A stretch of DNA of 64,000 bases from Schizochytrium sp. TIO01 (taxonomy: Eukaryota > Protista > Bigyra: Labyrinthulomycetes): assembly GCA_004764695.1 (NCBI GenBank), contig SMSO01000034.1:310001-374000 (forward strand), given 5' to 3'. Below, in pieces: positions 33,269-42,450 of the stretch (positions are counted from its first letter, which is position 1; every line of letters begins with the position of its first letter). The notes beneath the pieces were generated by a model, which was not told where the DNA came from, did not search any database, and saw only the letters and a program-made list of their open reading frames with translations. Both the position numbers and the translations under genes were made by a program.

Positions 33269-34576
33269 ATGAGCTGCAAGGCAAAATGGCCTTTCGCAGC
33301 ATGTAGCTATGGTGGAACCTGCAACGTGACGCTTAATACGTGTGTCTGTACGGAGTGGTTTATGGACACTGGTGACTTTTGGACAGAACCTGGCCAAGAT
33401 TGTGTTTTACCATGGTTGTTTCGTGATGTCTTGATTGTTCTTTCAATTCTGACCTCTTTGGGCAGCCTCTGGACAAGATTGATAGAGCTATATAAAGCCC
33501 ATCTATCTTTTTCTGAGTTTCGTGGGGGTAGCAAAAATCCATTTCTACGTATTCTTAGGTTTCATCAGCTTGGGTTAGTCACAAGCCTGTCTGGTATTAT
33601 TACGAGCGTTGGGTATTGGACGTGGCGTAATGATTTGATCGGAAGACATATTCCAAAAACTATTTTCTTCGCAATATCTGGCTTCATACTCTGGTTTACA
33701 GCTCACTATACAGCAAAGTTCTGCATTGATAGTGTTGCAATTATTCTCGGGACGCTTCGTCCTGGAAATCAACATAAATTCCTTTTATTCGTGAAAAGAT
33801 ATAGTCCAGCCTTCACATTTCCAGGGCAATTCATAATATCCATAGTATGCCCTATTGGTATATTTCACAGTACAGACGGGTCCTTCGAAAAATGGGATAT
33901 TATCATCACAGCGTTTGCATTGTATCTGTCAATATCATTTGCTATCGTGCTTTTGCTAACATTTCAAGGTCTTATTCAAACGCTTCATGAAGCAGTTTTA
34001 AGAAGTAGATATCAGTCACAAAAGCAGGGTCGTAAGCAAGATCCCTTTGCAGTTAAACTTACCGGTCTTATCGAGAGGGCCAAGAGTGCAAAGTTGTGGA
34101 CGCAGCGATTTGTTGTACTCAATATTTCAATTTGTTTTATTATTTGCGTCTGGCCTTGGGCTCGGCCATTTATTGTTCTTGAACCAACCATGTTTTGTCT
34201 TTCTCTCAGTATATGCGATATTGCCAACTGCAAGCTTGGTCAAGGTATCGCAAACACAACGACCTTAACCAAAATTTCGAGCAAGATTTCGGTGTTCAGA
34301 GATTCCATAAGAACCCTCGTGGTCCGAAACTCACAGGTATCTGAATTCCACAGTTCGACCACACGTCAAACTCATAGTTTCCCATCCCGGAGCACAATTT
34401 CTCAGTCCCCACTGTGCAGAATGAAAACTGCTTTAGTCCGCGTTCAACCAAAGGAACAATATGTTTTGCCAGCGAACCACGCCTTGGAACAGATTAGTTT
34501 GAAGGGAAATCAAGACTCAAAAGAATCTGCAGCTGAATTTTCAACTTGCAATAAAAATACAAATGACTCGTCATAA
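33269..34576 (+). CDS. EGF-like + 7TM receptor-like protein, copy 2 (long Ser/Thr-rich tail)
   Basis: Same 6-Cys module, TM pattern and WPWAR motif. Confidence 0.85.
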   Translation: MSCKAKWPFAACSYGGTCNVTLNTCVCTEWFMDTGDFWTEPGQDCVLPWLFRDVLIVLSILTSLGSLWTRLIELYKAHLSFSEFRGGSKNPFLRILRFHQLGLVTSLSGIITSVGYWTWRNDLIGRHIPKTIFFAISGFILWFTAHYTAKFCIDSVAIILGTLRPGNQHKFLLFVKRYSPAFTFPGQFIISIVCPIGIFHSTDGSFEKWDIIITAFALYLSISFAIVLLLTFQGLIQTLHEAVLRSRYQSQKQGRKQDPFAVKLTGLIERAKSAKLWTQRFVVLNISICFIICVWPWARPFIVLEPTMFCLSLSICDIANCKLGQGIANTTTLTKISSKISVFRDSIRTLVVRNSQVSEFHSSTTRQTHSFPSRSTISQSPLCRMKTALVRVQPKEQYVLPANHALEQISLKGNQDSKESAAEFSTCNKNTNDSS

Positions 34577-35651
34577 TTCAGCCTGCTAGCCACTTCTTCG
34601 CAAAATGGAAAGAAGGTATGAGCCCATGTTCAACAAAATGAACTATACTTGTTACAGACACTTTGATAAAAAGAATAAAAATCTAAAGAAGCTACGAAAC
34701 TTACAAGATTCTAAAACAGAAAGTCCAATATGGCCCGTCGCCTTTCAGATTCACAAAAGTTTGGTCATAAATGAACAGAATTCCTTTGCCTATCTATATT
34801 CCACGATTCTAGGTATACATCTTTCTCTTTCGAAAAGTATTTGCCTATGTATCTAACTACATGTGGGAGGGTTGTCTTGACATCTTTACCTTTATTCTAA
34901 AGTGTAGAATAGATCAACTCTAGCTATAAAGGAACGCATGTATAACTATCCTTATCCACCATTATACCCTAAACCCTGATTTATCCACATTTCAGGATTT
35001 GCTCTATGTGGTTTCAAAAACAGAGCTGTAAATAAAGGGCATTATCAAAAAGTTGGTATACCCAATTTATTTATGTAAAAGTAGTTTATTCTTTAAATTA
35101 AAATTTTATCCTAAAGAAACATTAATACTTGACTATTCCGTACCTAGTCATGGACTTCCTTTGATTAATAAACTGCTGTACTCTACTTAGACTTTTTATG
35201 AGAGTTGCCTTCACTTGCGAGAATGTCAAAGCATGGTTACAGTACTCTGTAGCTAGTGCGATTGTTCCCTCGTATTTAAACTTTGAATCTTTAAGCGACC
35301 GCGACCGTAATATAATCACTTCCTGGAAAGTTAAAACAAAAGGCGCCCTTCAGTAGATGGCGGGATTTCCTCGCACGACTATGAAAAAGTATCAATTAAA
35401 AGCTAAAAATAAAAATATACCCTATAGAAATGAAATAATGATTAAACCGGTTTGAAAGGCAAAGGTTCCGTTAAAAGAATAATGAACAGGTTCCAAGAAA
35501 AACTCACAATTGATTGAACGGCAAAATCTAGTCTTGTGATGTTCTGAGCATTCTAGACATGAGACCATAGACGGATATCAACACCCGTCGAGCATGGTAA
35601 AACATGTACAATTGAGTCTCACGGAAGTGATTCGTGTTTTTTTCTACCTGG

Positions 35652-36791
35652 ATGGCCTGCGAAGCACGCTGGCCTTTCTCAGCTTGTAGCTATGGAGGTA
35701 TTTGCAACCAAACTCTAAAAAGATGTGTATGTACTGAAGATTTTGTCGATGTAGGTGATTTCTGGCCTACTATAGGTGCGGATTGTGTTGTGCCGATACG
35801 CTTGCGAAATGGATTTATTTTTGCATCCATTGCAGTTTCAGTAATCAATTTTATTCTGAGAATACGAGAGCTGTACCGTGCAAAAAAGGCTAAAGATTGC
35901 TTTCAGGGCAGTCACAAAAATCCACAATCTCGTATTTTCTATTTTCACTGCTCTGGACTTTTGATGTCAATAACCTGTGTCGCAATGAGCCTAGGAAGCT
36001 GGTTCTGGCGGGATCAGATCATTGGTTTGCATTTGCCTAAAACTATTTTGTTTACTATTGCAGTCCATGTGACTTGGTTTGCGATTCATTATGCTGCCAA
36101 CTTCTGCATAGACAGTATTCATCTCATGTTAGGTAATCTATGCCCGACAAGTCAAAACCCCTTGCTTAAGTTTGTGACACATTACAGCATGATTTTTAGT
36201 TACTCTGGAGTAATCATGAGTTCTATCATATGTCCATTTGGGTTGTACTTTAGTGATAGCGATTCGAACTTGGAATTCTGGGCGCTTTTATTTTCCAGTG
36301 TCGCTGTATATGTCACAATTATTAATGGTGTTATACTTTTATTGTCAATTGAAGGCTTTATAGCAACCTTGCGCGAGGTCATTAGTCAGAGCAAATCCAC
36401 TGTGTCGAAAGCACAAGAAAAGACCGAGGAAATAGTTCAAAAATTAGAAGAGCTAATACAACGGTCGCTTAAAGTTAAGGTTGTTCTTCGACGCCTGTTG
36501 TTGTCTACTCTCATGTTCAATCTGGCGTTTTGCATTTGGCCTTGGGCACGCAGCTTCATTAGCCTTGAAGTTGTCATTCTTAACTTCTCAGTAAGTACTA
36601 GTGAGGGAGCGTCTCGGCTACTTGGAAGAGTAGTAGCTCAAAATTCTGTTATGAAAAGAAATACAAATAGAAATGGTGTCCAGTATCGAAAAGCAGGCGT
36701 GAGAAGCTCTCAAACGAATTCTACTTCCGCCACGGTTCACCCTGAAGCAAGTGCGCAATATTCCTCACAAGCAACTCCGGCTCTGTCTTGA
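35652..36791 (+). CDS. EGF-like + 7TM receptor-like protein, copy 3
   Basis: ATG 35652 (MACEARWPF) aligns with the paralog starts; same motifs. Confidence 0.85.
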   Translation: MACEARWPFSACSYGGICNQTLKRCVCTEDFVDVGDFWPTIGADCVVPIRLRNGFIFASIAVSVINFILRIRELYRAKKAKDCFQGSHKNPQSRIFYFHCSGLLMSITCVAMSLGSWFWRDQIIGLHLPKTILFTIAVHVTWFAIHYAANFCIDSIHLMLGNLCPTSQNPLLKFVTHYSMIFSYSGVIMSSIICPFGLYFSDSDSNLEFWALLFSSVAVYVTIINGVILLLSIEGFIATLREVISQSKSTVSKAQEKTEEIVQKLEELIQRSLKVKVVLRRLLLSTLMFNLAFCIWPWARSFISLEVVILNFSVSTSEGASRLLGRVVAQNSVMKRNTNRNGVQYRKAGVRSSQTNSTSATVHPEASAQYSSQATPALS

Positions 36792-37816
36792 GAGATATGA
36801 GAAATGGCCGCTTTTAAAATTGTGCTATGACTACAAAGTAAAGCCTTGGAAGGACGCTCCATAGAAAGCGCTTGATGGCATGCCCTGCTATTAAACTTTC
36901 TCAAATACCTACTGCGAATAATGTTAGGAAAACTGCAGCTTTCATTCGAATGTACCAGTGAGCTCCCAGGTAACCAAATTCTAGATTTATATTAAATTCC
37001 TGCTTTATTTATTCTCCTCCTCGTGCATATAATTTGTGAGAATGGATACTTGAGAACTTTGAATCAAATACTTCTTTATGTGTCTTTTCTCCTTTCACTA
37101 CACAATGAAGTTCTGGAGGCCATACCAATTTCATTTTTCGGATTTTGCTTGAGTATCGTACACCAAGGTATCTACCAGCATTCCTTTTTTTGTTTAAGTG
37201 GTTACGCTACGCTCTCGAGATGCTTTCAAAAGAATAAGGAAGCATAAGTCTGAATGTTGTACCTTTCAACGCTTCCTTGGTTCCTCTCGCTTGTGTTACT
37301 TTTACTAAAGGAGTTCAAAAGAGGCAGCAACACCCGAGAGCTTGAGGAAGAAAACATCTTCCACCAGTATTCAAAGGCGCTCCTCTTATCGATCCTTAAC
37401 TTGGGTAAAAAGTCAAGTTTGCACACCGAGCAATAGAAAGGTGTACATTTTCATGTTCTGATGTACAGTAAAATAGAACATGTAGCTGTGATATCGCCCT
37501 TCCATGTATGAAAACACAGTAGATATGTTCAGATAAGTACCCCTGCTCAAGGAAGATTAATCGTTGCTTTCTGCCCAATATGTTAACCTTTCATTATAAA
37601 CTCCTAGACATATTTTTATTAAAGTTTTATATATTATTGTGTTCTATTAATTAATCCGTTTCCATGTTAGTGAAATTTTCATGCATATTATCGCTATTAT
37701 AATTAGCAGTTTACCAAAAGCAGATCCCGATCAGACATATAGTCAAACCGTGGACGACTACTACAGAGTTACCCATGCAAAATTAAGTCTCGACAAGACA
37801 CGACTGACTTGCGGCC

Positions 37817-38941
37817 ATGGCACCGTGTGAAGCCCGTTGGCCATTCGAAGCTTGCAGCTATGGAGGGTACTGCAATGAAACATCAGGAGAATGTATTTGC
37901 ACATATAAATTCGTCGATAGAGGCGACTTTTGGCCTACGCAAGGCATCAATTGTGTTGTTCCAAGATATCTACGAGACGGTCTTCTCGTAATAACCATTG
38001 CCATTGCTCTGTTCAGTCTAATGTTTCGTATCTGGGAATTGCACAGAGCGAAGAAGGCAAAAGACAACTACCGTGGTAGTGGGAAAAACCCGAATGATCG
38101 AATTTTCCGCTACCACGCAGTGGGGTTCTTTATGTCTTTAACGTGTGTAGCCATGAGCTTGTGGAGTTGGATTTGGCGCGAAGATTCCCTTGGTAAGCAT
38201 TTTCTGAAAACATTGTTATTCACGTTTTCTGTTCATGTAACATGCTTTGAAATTCATTATGTTGCCAACTTTTGTATAGAGAGTGTAGAAATTTTATTGG
38301 GCGCTCTTTCTCCAGAGAAGAAAGACTGGCACTTCGTGTTTGTTACACGCTATAGTGTGTTTTTTACATACATGGGGGTCATATACAGTTCGATTGTGTG
38401 TCCATTCGGAATGTATTTTAGCAAGAGCAGTTCTCAGGATGAGAGATGGGCGCTCTATTTTGCTGTATCATGTGTTTATATGGTTCTTACTGAAGGTTGT
38501 ATTTTGCTTTTCTCTATCGAAGGGTTCATATCTACTGTTCAAAAGGTCATTGAACACAGCAACCAGACAACCTCAGACGACCGAAGCACCATGTCATTGA
38601 TCAACAGGCTTCAAACACTGATGAAGCGCGCACGCACAGTCAAGTTGATCATCGGACAAACGTTGGTTTCTATTTTTAGCATTAGCGTGGCCATCTGCTT
38701 TTGGCCTTGGGCACGGAGCTTTATAATTCTCTCCGTTATAAACATTAATTTCTCCGTCACAGCCAGTGATGCAATATCACAGTTGCTAGCAAGGGTTGTT
38801 GTGCGAAATACTATCAACAAGATGCCGAAAAATAATCCGTACCTTTCAATTAATAGGTTACGTTCAAATCAGTCGCCTGCTACAGTCCTTCCGAGGTCTG
38901 CTTTAGGTTCTAAGTCTTCTGGAGTTTTGCCTGAATCATAG
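37817..38941 (+). CDS. EGF-like + 7TM receptor-like protein, copy 4
   Basis: MAPCEARWPFEACSYGGYCNET; WPWAR motif. Confidence 0.85.
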   Translation: MAPCEARWPFEACSYGGYCNETSGECICTYKFVDRGDFWPTQGINCVVPRYLRDGLLVITIAIALFSLMFRIWELHRAKKAKDNYRGSGKNPNDRIFRYHAVGFFMSLTCVAMSLWSWIWREDSLGKHFLKTLLFTFSVHVTCFEIHYVANFCIESVEILLGALSPEKKDWHFVFVTRYSVFFTYMGVIYSSIVCPFGMYFSKSSSQDERWALYFAVSCVYMVLTEGCILLFSIEGFISTVQKVIEHSNQTTSDDRSTMSLINRLQTLMKRARTVKLIIGQTLVSIFSISVAICFWPWARSFIILSVININFSVTASDAISQLLARVVVRNTINKMPKNNPYLSINRLRSNQSPATVLPRSALGSKSSGVLPES

Positions 38942-40143
38942 TTCTTTCAATAAAGTGTAATCCTTACGGAGGTCTTCAATTACAATGATATTTCAGTGTC
39001 ATGGTAATAGAACGATAGAACCCAAGATGAAAAGCTTCAAAATCAAGATGATAAGGTACTCTACTTAAATGATACCAGATATTTAGTGGGGTTTGATAGG
39101 AACTCAATACCCATGAACGTGCAGAGTGGTTGTTGCTTTGAAAGCTCACAAAAGTAGTACCGCAAAAAATGATGACTTGAATACTTTTAGCAATCATAAG
39201 TTCTATCATAGTGGCTCAATTTCTACATGCAGGGTAAGATCGAGCGGAATGCAATGAGGTGTAAAACCCTTAAGGTTCACACGGACGGAAGGCCTAAGAA
39301 AGATACTAGGTGTTTAGAATGCGCTGATGGAGTGTAAATTCAGGTGAATTCTCAACTTTTTATTGTTTTTGTTTAGAGGTCAAAATTTTAGTTTTTCCTT
39401 GAAAATAGTGTTTTATTTGCCCAAACTAAAGTTGCATTTACATAAATTGTGTGATTATCCATATCTTAGCATACCTTTATCCACATAACAAAGCGACCTT
39501 TCCCAAAAGCTGGATCGCTAAATTTTATTTCAAGCCTTCGTAAGTATTTTAAACATCCTGAAGTAAGTCATTATTACCGAGGCCAAAAATCACTGAATAT
39601 AGCGGATTTGATGATAAAGTTATGAGGTTTGTCTGGCTACAGCTTGCTTTTGATTAATTTCTGGGGAGATTTTTTTATTAAAGACGATATTATATATCCC
39701 TTTCCTTGTGCGAGACTTTATACTTTTAGATGAGGCTATTTATTGTGGGTATCTGATACTTTATCTCTAAAAATAAAACATAACTATTTTTGTCAGACAT
39801 TAGGGAACACGGGACTAGAACGATTTGCAAAAATTATAGATCCGTTGGACTTCTTGTGTCTTCGACACAACAAATAGACCTAGCAACCACATTACCTCTG
39901 TACCTCAGTTTCATGACCCAACGCATTTAATGGAAACCGCTTCCTCTCTCTTTTTTATTGTTACCTGGGAGCAAGCATGTAGGGTCCGTACTGTTTCTGG
40001 GCACAACCAACATAGACATGCTCATATCTGGCCCGAGTACAGTTTATTCATCCAAAGACCCACTACCGAGTAACTTTGGAAAGTCTCATCTATGTCCAAA
40101 GTGTTTTCGAACAGGTGCCAGGCCTTTGCTTGAGAGCTAACAG

Positions 40144-41298
40144 ATGCCGTGTGAGGCTCACTGGCCATTTCCAGCTTGCAGCTATGGCGGTATTTGCAAT
40201 GAGACTCTTGGAAAATGTATATGTGCATCGAACTATATTGACACGGGAGATTTATGGCCACTATCTGGGGTCGACTGCGTTGTACCTAGCTTGTTGCGCG
40301 ATGGTATACTCTTCTTAACTATTGTTCATTCTATAATTAACTTTGTTTACCGCGGACTTGAACTGAACAAAGCTCGGCATGAGATGGATGAGTTTCGAAA
40401 GCACAATCATAATCATGGACATAATCCGTTTGTACGCATATATGAATTCCACCGTATGGGGCTCATCCTTAGTACATCGAGTCTCTTTGGGAGCATTGGG
40501 TACTGGATTTGGCGTGACAAGATCATTGGGAAGCACATTCCTAAAACCCTTCTTCTTGCTTTCACCGGGTCAATTACTTGCTGCTTTGTCCACTATGCAT
40601 CTCTGTTTTTTATAAGCAGTATTAGATCAACATTTGGGCAAACGAATTCCGCTCAGGGTAGACTATTCGAACTTGTTCAGAGCACAGGGTTTCCAGTGCT
40701 TTATGTTGGTCAAATTGTTCTTGTGATTGTCTTGCCTTTTGGCCTTTATCGGAGCGATGACTCATCAGCAGCAAATTGGTCTATTGCATTTGCAGCAGTT
40801 TGTGTGCAGGTTCTAGTCTCTTATCTGGCTGTCGTTGTCATGACTCTACAGGGATTCATCATGATGCTGAGAAATGTCATCATTGTTAACAGGTATAGAT
40901 CTCCGCATCAAGCTGTAGTTGAGAAAGGTATTAGCGATATGATTACACGCACTCAGCGTGCGATGTTTTGGATTAGCCTTGTGATTCTTCTAAATATCAT
41001 GTTTAGCATATTGCTATGTGTATGGGAATGGGCGCGCGCCCTAACGCCGTTACAAGTAGTGCTTATCAGCAGTTCAGTAACTCAGGCAGAGGGCGCTACA
41101 CGAAGACTCGGTGAAGTGGTTTCACGGAATACAAATAGACGCACAAAAACTCGTTTAGCGGCGCTTCGAAAATCGATTGAGGGCTTTGCAAACTCTCGAG
41201 GTTCTCTGAGAGCATCGAATGTAATCTATCCAGAAACTAAAGAAGCGAAGACCAACGACACAAAGGGTAGTATAGTTCTATTGACAGAAAACAAGTAA
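40144..41298 (+). CDS. EGF-like + 7TM receptor-like protein, copy 5
   Basis: MPCEAHWPFPACSYGGICNET; WEWAR variant of the motif. Confidence 0.85.
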   Translation: MPCEAHWPFPACSYGGICNETLGKCICASNYIDTGDLWPLSGVDCVVPSLLRDGILFLTIVHSIINFVYRGLELNKARHEMDEFRKHNHNHGHNPFVRIYEFHRMGLILSTSSLFGSIGYWIWRDKIIGKHIPKTLLLAFTGSITCCFVHYASLFFISSIRSTFGQTNSAQGRLFELVQSTGFPVLYVGQIVLVIVLPFGLYRSDDSSAANWSIAFAAVCVQVLVSYLAVVVMTLQGFIMMLRNVIIVNRYRSPHQAVVEKGISDMITRTQRAMFWISLVILLNIMFSILLCVWEWARALTPLQVVLISSSVTQAEGATRRLGEVVSRNTNRRTKTRLAALRKSIEGFANSRGSLRASNVIYPETKEAKTNDTKGSIVLLTENK

Positions 41299-42450
41299 TA
41301 CCTGCCCAAGGCAGAACGACTATTTTTATTTTTATTGTTTTTTTTTTGGGGGAGGGGGGGGGGGGGCATGGTAATGCTTATTCGGCGCTTTAGTTTTGAT
41401 TCCTTCGGCCTTTTAAGCAGAATACGTATATTTCAATCAAATGGAAACAGGTTTATTTTTGTACAAACGAAAGCATATTTCCAAAGGCAATCACCTAGTT
41501 TTGCAATGACGATCATATGATAACAACCATGCTACATCACTTTATTGCCCACGAACGAAGTTCCAAGGTAGCGCGCGCTTCCAAAATGATTCATTCTACT
41601 GCAACCAATTTATTTATTTTATTAGTATCATTGTGAGCGAAAATAAATTCAAATTTAATCAGTTCCATATTAAATTAGACAAAAGAAGTCAAGAAATTTG
41701 AACGCGAATCTTGGTTTTTAATCAATCTGCAATGACGCCGTTATAATGCCTTTAAAACTTGGATGCTAGATTACCTGTCGTTTAAACGAGGCAGCTACGT
41801 TTCTAAATTTGTGCGATTCCGAGGGTCATAAAAATGTTGGTCATTCTTTGGAATCCTCTGACATCTTTGTCTCAGTTGATAAACAAATGCATCATAGAAT
41901 CACTGCCAGAATCAACGATAGCAAACAAGCCACTAGCTGGACACTAAGAGCCGCGGTGATCTATATTGCGGATGACAATTTTTTCAGTAAACCAGAATTG
42001 TGCATGCTACTCTATTTCAGAATCCACCAAGATATCATAATGACACCAAACACAAAACCAAGGAAACAGGAAAAATAAAAGGTTCACGTATTTGGAAGGT
42101 TGCAATTGGTGCAAGATGTTTCTAAGGAAAGCATTTTCAAATACAAATAACCTTAGGTATAAACAACGCCATCATTTTTATTTTTTTATTTCTGCATCGA
42201 GTCAATTTATAAAAAAGGATGAAACTAGTTAGAACGCAAGTTACGTTGGAAGTTGCATGCCGTACTCAGTGATGCCAAACTGCTTTTTATCAATTCATAT
42301 GTCCTGCATAGCCTAGGGGTTCATTCCATAACATTTGTACATACAGGTCAAACCTTTTAATTTCTAGTTCAAATGCAAATTTCGAAACTTTTCTAAAGTG
42401 GATGAATATTAAACTTGAAGAATGCTTGAATCGCACTACTTTCTTAGTAT

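Noticed and set aside
34950-34992. TTATCCAC(A) DnaA-box-like words and CCCTAAACCCT telomere-like word (TTATCCACA also at ~39477)
   Set aside because: There are too few copies, the context is eukaryotic and AT-rich, and chance occurrence is likely.
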